A stretch of DNA of 64,000 nt from Eledone cirrhosa (Eukaryota): positions 35,774,001 through 35,838,000 of the forward strand of contig OZ024750.1 of assembly GCA_964016885.1 (NCBI GenBank), in the 5' to 3' direction. Under the pieces are notes generated by a model. That model was not told the DNA's origin and did not search any database. It saw only the letters and a program-made list of their open reading frames with translations. A program made the translations under genes and the position numbers. Each line of letters starts with the position of its first letter. Position 1 is the first letter of the stretch. Below are positions 16,301-33,095 of this stretch, in pieces.

Positions 16301-17060
16301 CTATATTATACAGTTACTATATTATACTGTTACTATATTAAACTGTTACTATATTATACTGTTACTATATTATACTGTTACTATATTATGTAGTTACTAT
16401 GTTATACAGTTACTATATTATACTGTTACTATATTATACAGTTACTATATTATACAGTTACTATATTATACTGTTACTATATTATACGGTTACTATATTA
16501 TACAGTTACTATATTATACAGTTACTATATTATACAGTTACTATATTATACTGTTACTATATTATACAGTTACTATATTATACAGTTACTATATTATACT
16601 GTTACTATATTATGTTGTTACTATATTATACAGTTACTATATTATACTGTTACTATATTATACTGTTACTATATTATACTGTTACTATATTATACAGTTA
16701 CTATATTATACGGTTACTATATTATACTGTTACTATATTATGTAGTTACTATATCATACAGTTACTATATTATACTGTTACTATATTATACTCTTACTAT
16801 ATTATACAGTTACTATATTATACTGTTACTATATTATACAGTTACTATATTATACAGTTACTGTATTATAAAGTTACTATATTATACAGTTACTATATTA
16901 TACTGTTACTATATAATACTGTTACTATATTATACTGTTACTATATTATACAGTTACTATATTATACAGTTACTATATTATACTGTTACTATATTATACT
17001 GTTACTATATTATACAGTTACTATATTATACAGTTACTATATTATACTGTTACTATATTA
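11650..17060 (+). repeat. Tandem duplication, unit 2704 bp (169 monomers)
   Basis: ttct at 11701/14405, tatggtt at 13301/16005, pseudo-ORFs at 12311/15015 and 13695/16399, all offset 2704. Confidence 0.9.
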
Positions 17061-18040
17061 TACAGTTACTATATTATACAGTTACTATATTATACAGTTA
17101 CTATATTATACTGTTACTATATTATACAGTTACTATATTATACTGTTACTATATAATACTGTTACTATATTATACAGTTACTATATTATACAGTTACTAT
17201 ATTATACAGTTACTATATTATGTAGTTACTATGTTATACAGTTACTATATTATACTGTTACTATATTATACAGTTACTATATTATACAGTTACTATATTA
17301 TACTGTTACTATATTATACGGTTACTATATTATACAGTTACTATATTATACAGTTACTATATTATACAGTTACTATATTATACTGTTACTATATTATACA
17401 GTTACTATATTATACAGTTACTATATTATACTGTTACTATATTATGTTGTTACTATATTATACAGTTACTATATTATACTGTTACTATATTATACTGTTA
17501 CTATATTATACTGTTACTATATTATACAGTTACTATATTATACGGTTACTATATTATACTGTTACTATATTATGTAGTTACTATATCATACGGTTACTAT
17601 ATTATACTGTTACTATATTATACTCTTACTATATTATACAGTTACTATATTATACTGTTACTATATTATACAGTTACTATATTATACAGTTACTGTATTA
17701 TACAGTTACTATATTATACAGTTACTATATTATACTGTTACTATATAATACTGTTACTATATTATACTGTTACTATATTATACAGTTACTATATTATACA
17801 GTTACTATATTATACTGTTACTATATTATACTGTTACTATATTATACAGTTACTATATTATACAGTTACTATATTATATTGTTACTATATTATACAGTTA
17901 CTATATTATACCGTTACTATATTATACAGTTACTATATTATACTGTTACTATATTATACAGTTACTATATTATACTGTTACTATATAATACTGTTACTAT
18001 ATTATACAGTTACTATATTATACAGTTACTATATTATACA
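16380..18040 (+). repeat. Tandem duplication, unit 832 bp (52 monomers)
   Basis: Pseudo-ORF starts at 16399/17231. tgttgtt and tactctt markers recur at offset 832. Confidence 0.85.
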
Positions 18041-21000
18041 GTTACTATATTATACAGTTACTATATTATACTGTTACTATATTATACGGTTACTATATTA
18101 TACTGTTACTATATTATACTGTTACTATATTATACAGTTACTATATTATACAGTTACTATATTATACAGTTACTATATTATACTGTTACTATATTATACT
18201 GTTACTATATTATACAGTTACTATATTATACTGTTACTGTATTAAACTGTTACTATATTATACAGTTACTATATTATACTGTTACTATATTATACAGTTA
18301 CTATATTATACAGTTACTATATTATACTGTTACTATATTATACTGTTACTATATTATACAGTTACTATATTATACTGTTACTATATTATACAGTTACTAT
18401 ATTATACTGTTACTATATTATACTGTTACTATATTATACTGTTACTATATTATACAGTTACTATATTATACTGTTACTATATTATGTAGTTACTATATTA
18501 TACTGTTACTATATTATACTGTTACTATATTATGTAGTTACTATATTATACAGTTACTATATTATACAGTTACTATATTATACTGTTACTATATTATACT
18601 GTTACTATATTATACTGTTACTATATTATGTAGTTACTATATTATACAGTTACTATATTATGTAGTTACTATATTATACTGTTACTATATTATGTAGTTA
18701 CTATATTATACAGTTCCTATATTATACAGTTACTATATTATACTGTTACTATATTATACAGTTACTATATTATACTGTTACTATATTATGTAGTTACTAT
18801 ATTATACTGTTACTATATTATGTAGTTACTATATTATACTGTTACTATATTATATAGCTACTATATTATACAGTTACTATATTATACAGTTACTATATTA
18901 TACTGTTACTATATTATACAGTTACTATACTATACTGTTACTATATTATACTGTTACTATATTATACTGTTACTATATTATACTGTTACTATATTATGTA
19001 GTTACTATATTATACAGTTACTATATTATACTGTTACTATATTATACAGTTACTATATTATACAGTTACTATATTATACTGTTACTATATTATACGGTTA
19101 CTATATTATACAGTTACTATATTATACAGTTACTATATTATACAGTTACTATATTATACTGTTACTATATTATACAGTTACTATATTATACAGTTACTAT
19201 ATTATACTGTTACTATATTATACTGTTACTATATTATACAGTTACTATATTATACGGTTACTATATTATACTGTTACTATATTATGTAGTTACTATATCA
19301 TACAGTTACTATATTATACTGTTACTATATCATACTGTTACTATATTATACAGTTACTATATTATACTGTTACTATATTATACAGTTACTATATTATACA
19401 GTTACTATATTATACAGTTACTATATTATACTGTTACTATATTATACAGTTACTATATTATACTGTTACTATATTATACTGTTACTATATTATACAGTTA
19501 CTATATTATACAGTTACTATATTATACTGTTACTATATTATAATGTTACTATATTATACTGTTACTATATTATACTGTTACTATATTATACAGTTACTAT
19601 ATTATACTGTTACTATATTATACAGTTACTATATTATACGGTTAATATATTATACTGTTACTATATTATGTAGTTACTATATCATACAGTTACTATATTA
19701 TACTGTTACTATATTATACTGTTACTATATTATACAGTTACTATATTATACTGTTACTATATTATACAGTTAATATATTATACAGTTACTATATTATACA
19801 GTTACTATATTATACTGTTACTATATTATACGGTTACTATATTATACTGTTACTATATTATGTAGTTACTATATCATACAGTTACTATATTATACTGTTA
19901 CTATCTTATACTGTTACTATATTATACAGTTACTATATATTACTGTTACTATATTATACTGTTACTATATTATACAGTTACTATATTATACAGTTACTAT
20001 ATTATACAGTTACTATATTATACTGTTCCTATATTATACAGTTACTATATTATACTGTTACTATATTACACTGTTACTATATTATACTGTTACTATATTA
20101 TACTGTTACTATATTATACAGTTACTATATTATACTGTTACTATATTATACAGTTACTATATTATACTGTTACTATATTATACTGTTACTATATTATGTA
20201 GTTACTATATTATACTGTTACTATATTATGTAGTTACTATATTATACAGTTACTATATTATACAGTTACTATATTATACTGTTACTATATTATACAGTTA
20301 CTATATTATACTGTTACTATATTATACAGTTACTAAATTATACTGTTACTATATTATACTGTTACTATATTATACAGTTACTATATTATACAGTTACTAT
20401 ATTATACCGTTACTATATTATACTGTTACTATATTATACTGTTACTATATTATACAGTTACTATATTATACAGTTACTATATTATACTGTTACTATATTA
20501 TAATGTTACTATATTATACAGTTACTATATTATACTGTTACTATATTATACAGTTACTATATTATACTGTTACTATATTATACAGTTTCTATATTATACT
20601 GTTACTATATTATACTGTTACTATATTATGTAGTTACTATATTATACTGTTACTATATTATGTAGTTACTATATTATACAGTTACTATATTATACAGTTA
20701 CTATATTATACAGTTACTATATTATACTGTTACTATATTATACTGTTACTATATTATACTGTTACTATATTATACAGTTACTATATTATACTGTTACTAT
20801 ATTATACTGTTACTATATTATACAGTTACTATATTATACTGTTACTATATTATACAGTTACTATATTATACTGTTACTATATTATACTGTTACTATATTA
20901 TACTGTTACTATATTATACAGTTACTATATTATACTGTTACTATATTATGTAGTTACTATATTATACTGTTAGTATATTATGTAGTTACTATAGTATACT

Positions 21001-22489
21001 GTTACTATATTATGTAGTTACTATATTATACAGTTACTATATTATACAGTTACTATATTATACTGTTACTATATTATACTGTTACTATATTATACTGTTA
21101 CTATATTATGTAGTTACTATATTATACAGTTACTATATTATGTAGTTACTATATTATACTGTTACTATATTATGTAGTTACTATATTATAAAGTTACTAT
21201 ATTATACAGTTACTATATTATACTGTTACTATATTATACAGTTACTATATTATACTGTTACTATATTATGTAGTTACTATATTATACTGTTACTATATTA
21301 TACAGTTACTATATTATATAGTTACTATATTATACAGTTACTATATTATACAGTTACTATATGATACTGTTACTATATTATACAGTTACTATATTATACT
21401 GATACTATATTATACTGTTACTATATTATACTGTTACTATATTATACTGTTACTATATTATGTAGTTACTATGTTATACAGTTACTATATTATACTGTTA
21501 CTATATTATACAGTTACTATATTATACAGTTACTATATTATACTGTTACTATATTATATTGTTACTATATTATACTGTTACTATATTATACAGTTACTAT
21601 ATTATACAGTTACTATATTATACTGTTACTATATTATACAGTTACTATATTATACAGTTACTATATTATACAGTTACTATATTATACTGTTACTATATTA
21701 TACAGTTACTATATTATACTGTTACTATATAATACTGTTACTATATTATACAGTTACTATATTATACGGTTACTATATTATACAGTTACTATATTATACA
21801 GTTACTATATTATACTGTTACTATATTATACGGTTACTATATTATACTGTTACTATATTATACTGTTACTATATTATACAGTTACTATATTATACAGTTA
21901 CTATATTATACAGTTACTATATTATACTGTTACTATATTATACTGTTACTATATTATACAGTTACTATATTATACTGTTACTGTATTAAACTGTTACCAT
22001 ATTATACAGTTACTATATTATACTGTTACTATATTATACAGTTACTATATTATACAGTTACTATATTATACTGTTACTATATTATACGGTTACTATATTA
22101 TACAGTTACTATATTATACTGTTACTATATTATACAGTTACTATATTATACTGTTACTATATTATACTGTTACTATATTATACTGTTACTATATTATACA
22201 GTTACTATATTATACTGTTACTATATTATGTAGTTACTATATTATACTGTTACTATATTATACTGTTACTATATTATGTAGTTACTATATTATACAGTTA
22301 CTATATTATACAGTTACTATATTATACTGTTACTATATTATACTGTTACTATATTATACTGTTACTATATTATGTAGTTACTATATTATACAGTTACTAT
22401 ATTATGTAGTTACTATATTATACTGTTACTATATTATGTAGTTACTATATTATACAGTTCCTATATTATACAGTTACTATATTATACTG

Positions 22490-25400
22490 TTACTATATTA
22501 TACAGTTACTATATTATACTGTTACTATATTATGTAGTTACTATATTATACTGTTACTATATTATGTAGTTACTATATTATACAGTTACTATATTATATA
22601 GCTACTATATTATACAGTTACTATATTATACAGTTACTATATTATACTGTTACTATATTATACAGTTACTATACTATACTGTTACTATATTATACTGTTA
22701 CTATATTATACTGTTACTATATTATACTGTTACTATATTATGTAGTTACTATATTATACAGTTACTACATTATACTGTTACTATATTATACAGTTACTAT
22801 ATTATACAGTTACTATATTATACTGTTACTATATTATACGGTTACTATATTATACAGTTACTATATTATACTGTTACTATATTATACAGTTACTATATTA
22901 TACTGTTACTATATTATACAGTTACTATATTATACAGTTACTATATTATACTGTTACTATATTATACTGTTACTATATTATACTGTTACTATATTATACA
23001 GTTACTATATTATACGGTTACTATATTATACTGTTACTATATCATGTAGTTACTATATCATACAGTTACTATATTATACTGTTACTATATCATACTGTTA
23101 CTATATTATACAGTTACTATATTATAATGTTACTATATTATACAGTTACTATATTATACAGTTACTATATTATACAGTTACTATATTATACTGTTACTAT
23201 ATTATACAGTTACTATATTCTACTGTTACTATATTATACTGTTAATATATTATACAGTTACTATATTATACAGTTACTATATTATACTGTTACTATATTA
23301 TACTGTTACTATATTATACTGTTACTATATTATACTCTTACTATATTATACAGTTACTATATTATACTGTTACTATATTATACAGTTACTATATTATACT
23401 GTTACTATATTATACTGTTACTATATTATGTAGTTACTATATTATACTGTTACTATATTATGTAGTTACTATATTATACTGTTACTATATTATGTAGTTA
23501 CTATATTATACAGTTACTATATTATACAGTAACTATTTTATACAGTTACTATAATATACTGTTACTATATTATACAGTTACTATATTATACAGTTACTAT
23601 ATTATACTGTTACTATATTATACGGTTAATATATTATACTGTTACTATATTATGTAGTTACTATATCATACAGTTACTATATTATACTGTTACTATCTTA
23701 TACTGTTACTATATTATACAGTTACTATATTATACTGTTACTATATTATACAGTTAATATATTATACAGTTACTATATCCTACAGTTACTATATTATACT
23801 GTTACTATATTATACGGTTACTATATTATACTGTTACTATATTATGTAGTTACTATATCATACAGTTACTATATTATACTGTTACTATCTTATACTGTTA
23901 CTATATTATACAAGTTACTATATTATACTGTTACTATATTATACTGTTACTATATTATACAGTTACTATATTATACAGTTACTATATTATACAGTTACTA
24001 TATTATACTGTTCCTATATTATACAGTTACTATATTATACTGTTACTATATTACACTGTTACTATATTATACTGTTACTATATTATACTGTTACTATATT
24101 ATACTGTTACTATATTATACAGTTACTATATTATACTGTTACTATATTATACTGTTACTATATTATGTAGTTACTATATTATACTGTTACTATATTATGT
24201 AGTTACTATATTATACAGTTACTATATTATACAGTTACTATATTATACTGTTACTATATTATACAGTTACTATATTATACTGTTACTATATTATACAGTT
24301 ACTATATTATACTGTTACTATATTATACTGTTACTATATTATAGAGTTACTATATTATACAGTTACTATATTATACAGTTACTATATTATACTGTTACTA
24401 TATTATACTGTTACTATATTATACAGTTACTATATTATACAGTTACTATATTATACTGTTACTATATTATAATGTTACTATATTATACAGTTACTATATT
24501 ATACTGTTACTATATTATACAGTTACTATATTATACTGTTACTATATTATACAGTTTCTATATTATACTGTTACTATATTATACTGTTACTATATTATGT
24601 AGTTACTATATTATACTGTTACTATATTATGTAGTTACTATATTATACAGTTACTATATTATACAGTTACTATATTATACAGTTACTATATTATACTGTT
24701 ACTATATTATACTGTTACTATATTATACTGTTACTATATTATACAGTTACTATATTATACTGTTACTATATTATACTGTTACTATATTATACAGTTACTA
24801 TATTATACTGTTACTATATTATACTGTTACTATATTATGCTGTTACTATATTATACAGTTACTATATTATACTGTTACTATATTATGTAGTTACTATATT
24901 ATACTGTTAGTATATTATGTAGTTACTATAGTATACTGTTACTATATTATGTAGTTACTATATTATACAGTTACTATATTATACAGTTACTATATTATAC
25001 TGTTACTATATTATACTGTTACTATATAATACTGTTACTATATTATGTAGTTACTATATTATACAGTTACTATATTATGTAGTTACTATATTATACTGTT
25101 ACTATATTATGTAGTTACTATATTATAAAGTTACTATATTATACAGTTACTATATTATACTGTTACTATATTATACAGTTACTATATTATACTGTTACTA
25201 TATTATGTAGTTACTATATTATACAGTTATTATATTATACAGTTACTATATTATACTGTTACTATATTATACAGTTACTATATTATACTGTTACTATATT
25301 ATACTGTTACTATATTATACTGTTACTATATTATACTGTTACTATATTATGTAGTTACTATGTTATACAGTTACTATATTATACTGTTACTATATTATAC

Positions 25401-28400
25401 AGTTACTATATTATACAGTTACTATATTATACTGTTACTATATTATACGGTTACTATATTATACAGTTACTATATTATACAGTTACTATATTATACAGTT
25501 ACTATATTATACTGTTACTATATTATACAGTTACTATATTATACAGTTACTATATTATACTGTTACTATATTATGTTGTTACTATATTATACAGTTACTA
25601 TATTATACTGTTACTATATTATACTGTTACTATATTATACTGTTACTATATTATACAGTTGCTATATTATACGGTTACTATATTATACTGTTACTATATT
25701 ATGTAGTTACTATATCATACAGTTACTATATTATACTGTTACTATATTATACTCTTACTATATTATACAGTTACTATATTATACTGTTACTATATTATAC
25801 AGTTACTATATTATACAGTTACTGTATTATACAGTTACTATATTATACAGTTACTATATTATACTGTTACTATATAATACTGTTACTATATTATACTGTT
25901 ACTATATTATACAGTTACTATATTAAACAGTTACTATCTTATACTGTTACTATATTATACTGTTACTATATTATACAGTTACTGTATTATACAGTTACTA
26001 TATTATACTGTTACTATATTATACAGTTACTATATTATACAGTTACTATATTATACAGTTACTATATTATACTGTTACTATATTATACAGTTACTATATT
26101 ATACTGTTACTATATAATACTGTTACTATATTATACAATTACTATATTATACAGTTACTATATTATACAGTTACTATATTATACAGTTACTATATTATAC
26201 TGTTACTATATTATACAGTTACTATATTATACTGTTACTATATTATACTGTTACTATATTATACAGTTACTATATTATACAGTTACTATATTATACTGTT
26301 ACTATGTTATACTGTTAATATATTATACTGTTACTATATTATACAGTTACTATATTATACTGTTACTATATTATGTAGTTACTATATTATACTGTTACTA
26401 TATTATACTGTTACTATATTATGTAGTTACTATATTATACAGTTACTATATTATACAGTTACTATATTATACTGTTACTATATTATACTGTTACTATATT
26501 ATACTGTTACTATATTATGTAGTTACTATATTATACTGTTACTATATTATGTAGTTACTATATTATACAGTTACTATATTATATAGCTACTATATTATAC
26601 AGTTACTATATTATACAGTTACTATATTATACTGTTACTATATTATACAGTTACTATACTATACTGTTACTATATTATACTGTTACTATATTATACTGTT
26701 ACTATATTATACTGTTACTATATTATGTAGTTACTATATTATACAGTTACTATATTATACTGTTACTATATTATACAGTTACTATATTATACAGTTACTA
26801 TATTATACTGTTACTATATTATACGGTTACTATATTATACGGTTACTATATTATACAGTTACTATATTATACAGTTACTATATTATACTGTTACTATATT
26901 ATACAGTTACTATATTATACAGTTACTATATTATACTGTTACTATATTATACTGTTACTATATTATACTGTTACTATATTATACAGTTACTATATTATAC
27001 GGTTACTATATTATACTGTTACTATATTATGTAGTTACTATATCATACAGTTACTATATTATACTGTTACTATATCATGCTGTTACTATATTATACAGTT
27101 ACTATATTATACTGTTACTATATTATACAGTTACTATATTATACAGTTACTATATTATACAGTTACTATATTATACTGTTACTATATTATACAGTTACTA
27201 TATTATACTGTTACTATATTATACTGTTACTATATTATACAGTTACTATATTATACAGTTACTATATTATACAGTTACTATATTATACTGTTACTATATT
27301 ATACTGTTACTATATTATACAGTTACTATTTTATACAGTTACTATATTATACTGTTACTATATTATACTGTTACTATATTATACTGTTACTATATTATAC
27401 TGTTACTATATTATACAGTTACTATATTATACTGTTACTATATTATACAGTTACTATATTATACTGTTACTATATTATACTGTTACTATATTATGTAGTT
27501 ACTATATTATACTGTTACTATATTATGTAGTTACTATATTATACTGTTACTATATTATGTAGTTACTATATTATACAGTTACTATATTATACAGTAACTA
27601 TTTTATACAGTTACTATATTATACTGTTACTATATTATACAGTTACTATATTATACAGTTACTATATTATACTGTTACTATATTATACGGTTACTATATT
27701 ATACTGTTACTATATTATGTAGTTACTATATCATACAGTTACTATATTATACTGTTACTATCTTATACTGTTACTATATTATACAGTTACTATATTATAC
27801 TGTTACTATATTATGTAGTTACTATATTATACTGTTACTATATTATGTAGTTACTATATTATACAGTTACTATATTATATAGCTACTATATTATACAGTT
27901 ACTATATTATACAGTTACTATATTATACTGTTACTATATTATACAGTTACTATACTATACTGTTACTATATTATACTGTTACTATATTATACTGTTACTA
28001 TATTATACTGTTACTATATTATGTAGTTACTATATTATACAGTTACTACATTATACTGTTACTATATTATACAGTTACTATATTATACAGTTACTATATT
28101 ATACTGTTACTATATTATACGGTTACTATATTATACAGTTACTATATTATACTGTTACTATATTATACAGTTACTATATTATACTGTTACTATATTATAC
28201 AGTTACTATATTATACAGTTACTATATTATACTGTTACTATATTATACTGTTACTATATTATACTGTTACTATATTATACAGTTACTATATTATACGGTT
28301 ACTATATTATACTGTTACTATATCATGTAGTTACTATATCATACAGTTACTATATTATACTGTTACTATATCATACTGTTACTATATTATACAGTTACTA

Positions 28401-31400
28401 TATTATAATGTTACTATATTATACAGTTACTATATTATACAGTTACTATATTATACAGTTACTATATTATACTGTTACTATATTATACAGTTACTATATT
28501 CTACTGTTACTATATTATACTGTTAATATATTATACAGTTACTATATTATACAGTTACTATATTATACTGTTACTATATTATACTGTTACTATATTATAC
28601 TGTTACTATATTATACTCTTACTATATTATACAGTTACTATATTATACTGTTACTATATTATACAGTTACTATATTATACTGTTACTATATTATACTGTT
28701 ACTATATTATGTAGTTACTATATTATACTGTTACTATATTATGTAGTTACTATATTATACTGTTACTATATTATGTAGTTACTATATTATACAGTTACTA
28801 TATTATACAGTAACTATTTTATACAGTTACTATAATATACTGTTACTATATTATACAGTTACTATATTATACAGTTACTATATTATACTGTTACTATATT
28901 ATACGGTTAATATATTATACTGTTACTATATTATGTAGTTACTATATCATACAGTTACTATATTATACTGTTACTATCTTATACTGTTACTATATTATAC
29001 AGTTACTATATTATACTGTTACTATATTATACAGTTAATATATTATACAGTTACTATATCCTACAGTTACTATATTATACTGTTACTATATTATACGGTT
29101 ACTATATTATACTGTTACTATATTATGTAGTTACTATATCATACAGTTACTATATTATACTGTTACTATCTTATACTGTTACTATATTATACAAGTTACT
29201 ATATTATACTGTTACTATATTATACTGTTACTATATTATACAGTTACTATATTATACAGTTACTATATTATACAGTTACTATATTATACTGTTCCTATAT
29301 TATACAGTTACTATATTATACTGTTACTATATTACACTGTTACTATATTATACTGTTACTATATTATACTGTTACTATATTATACAGTTACTATATTATA
29401 CTGTTACTATATTATACAGTTACTATATTATACTGTTACTATATTATACTGTTACTATATTATGTAGTTACTATATTATACTGTTACTATATTATGTAGT
29501 TACTATATTATACAGTTACTATATTATACAGTTACTATATTATACTGTTACTATATTATACAGTTACTATATTATACTGTTACTATATTATACAGTTACT
29601 ATATTATACTGTTACTATATTATACTGTTACTATATTATAGAGTTACTATATTATACAGTTACTATATTATACAGTTACTATATTATACTGTTACTATAT
29701 TATACTGTTACTATATTATACAGTTACTATATTATACAGTTACTATATTATACTGTTACTATATTATAATGTTACTATATTATACAGTTACTATATTATA
29801 CTGTTACTATATTATACAGTTACTATATTATACTGTTACTATATTATACAGTTTCCTATATTATACTGTTACTATATTATACTGTTACTATATTATGTAG
29901 TTACTATATTATACTGTTACTATATTATGTAGTTACTATATTATACAGTTACTATATTATACAGTTACTATATTATACAGTTACTATATTATACTGTTAC
30001 TATATTATACTGTTACTATATTATACTGTTACTATATTATACAGTTACTATATTATACTGTTACTATATTATACTGTTACTATATTATACAGTTACTATA
30101 TTATACTGTTACTATATTATACTGTTACTATATTATGCTGTTACTATATTATACAGTTACTATATTATACTGTTACTATATTATGTAGTTACTATATTAT
30201 ACTGTTAGTATATTATGTAGTTACTATAGTATACTGTTACTATATTATGTAGTTACTATATTATACAGTTACTATATTATACAGTTACTATATTATACTG
30301 TTACTATATTATACTGTTACTATATTATACTGTTACTATATTATGTAGTTACTATATTATACAGTTACTATATTATGTAGTTACTATATTATACTGTTAC
30401 TATATTATGTAGTTACTATATTATAAAGTTACTATATTATACAGTTACTATATTATACTGTTACTATATTATACAGTTACTATATTATACTGTTACTATA
30501 TTATGTAGTTACTATATTATACAGTTATTATATTATACAGTTACTATATTATACTGTTACTATATTATACAGTTACTATATTATACTGTTACTATATTAT
30601 ACAGTTACTATATTTATACTGTTACTATATTATGTAGTTACTATGTTATACAGTTACTATATTATACTGTTACTATATTATACAGTTACTATATTATACA
30701 GTTACTATATTATACTGTTACTATATTATACGGTTACTATATTATACAGTTACTATATTATACAGTTACTATATTATACAGTTACTATATTATACTGTTA
30801 CTATATTATACAGTTACTATATTATACAGTTACTATATTATACTGTTACTATATTATGTTGTTACTATATTATACAGTTACTATATTATACTGTTACTAT
30901 ATTATACTGTTACTATATTATACTGTTACTATATTATACAGTTGCTATATTATACGGTTACTATATTATACTGTTACTATATTATGTAGTTACTATATCA
31001 TACAGTTACTATATTATACTGTTACTATATTATACTCTTACTATATTATACAGTTACTATATTATACTGTTACTATATTATACAGTTACTATATTATACA
31101 GTTACTGTATTATACTGTTACTATATTATACAGTTACTATATTATACTGTTACTATATAATACTGTTACTATATTATACTGTTACTATATTATACAGTTA
31201 CTATATTAAACAGTTACTATCTTATACTGTTACTATATTATACTGTTACTATATTATACAGTTACTGTATTATACAGTTACTATATTATACTGTTACTAT
31301 ATTATACAGTTACTATATTATACAGTTACTATATTATACAGTTACTATATTATACTGTTACTATATTATACAGTTACTATATTATACTGTTACTATATAA

Positions 31401-33095
31401 TACTGTTACTATATTATACAGTTACTATATTATACAGTTACTATATTATACAGTTACTATATTATACAGTTACTATATTATACTGTTACTATATTATACA
31501 GTTACTATATTATACTGTTACTATATTATACTGTTACTATATTATACAGTTACTATATTATACAGTTACTATATTATACTGTTACTATGTTATACTGTTA
31601 ATATATTATACTGTTACTATATTATACAGTTACTATATTATACTGTTACTATATTATGTAGTTACTATATTATACTGTTACTATATTATACTGTTACTAT
31701 ATTATGTAGTTACTATATTATACAGTTACTATATTATACAGTTACTATATTATACTGTTACTATATTATACTGTTACTATATTATACTGTTACTATATTA
31801 TGTAGTTACTATATTATACTGTTACTATATTATGTAGTTACTATATTATACAGTTACTATATTATATAGCTACTATATTATACAGTTACTATATTATACA
31901 GTTACTATATTATACTGTTACTATATTATACAGTTACTATACTATACTGTTACTATATTATACTGTTACTATATTATACTGTTACTATATTATACTGTTA
32001 CTATATTATGTAGTTACTATATTATACAGTTACTATATTATACTGTTACTATATTATACAGTTACTATATTATACAGTTACTATATTATACTGTTACTAT
32101 ATTATACGGTTACTATATTATACGGTTACTATATTATACAGTTACTATATTATACAGTTACTATATTATACTGTTACTATATTATACAGTTACTATATTA
32201 TACAGTTACTATATTATACTGTTACTATATTATACTGTTACTATATTATACTGTTACTATATTATACAGTTACTATATTATACGGTTACTATATTATACT
32301 GTTACTATATTATGTAGTTACTATATCATACAGTTACTATATTATACTGTTACTATATCATGCTGTTACTATATTATACAGTTACTATATTATACTGTTA
32401 CTATATTATACAGTTACTATATTATACAGTTACTATATTATACAGTTACTATATTATACTGTTACTATATTATACAGTTACTATATTATACTGTTACTAT
32501 ATTATACTGTTACTATATTATACAGTTACTATATTATACAGTTACTATATTATACAGTTACTATATTATACTGTTACTATATTATACTGTTACTATATTA
32601 TACAGTTACTATTTTATACAGTTACTATATTATACTGTTACTATATTATACTGTTACTATATTATACTGTTACTATATTATACTGTTACTATATTATACA
32701 GTTACTATATTATACTGTTACTATATTATACAGTTACTATATTATACTGTTACTATATTATACTGTTACTATATTATGTAGTTACTATATTATACTGTTA
32801 CTATATTATGTAGTTACTATATTATACTGTTACTATATTATGTAGTTACTATATTATACAGTTACTATATTATACAGTAACTATTTTATACAGTTACTAT
32901 ATTATACTGTTACTATATTATACAGTTACTATATTATACAGTTACTATATTATACTGTTACTATATTATACGGTTACTATATTATACTGTTACTATATTA
33001 TGTAGTTACTATATCATACAGTTACTATATTATACTGTTACTATCTTATACTGTTACTATATTATACAGTTACTATATTATACTGTTACTATATT
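22490..33095 (+). repeat. Tandem duplication, unit ~5.28 kb (330 monomers)
   Basis: gctact at 22601/27882 and the +A insertion acaagtt at ~23913/~29194 (offset 5281). Identical pseudo-ORFs at 23127/28408 (5281), and 25360/30643 and 27077/32360 (5283). Confidence 0.9.
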
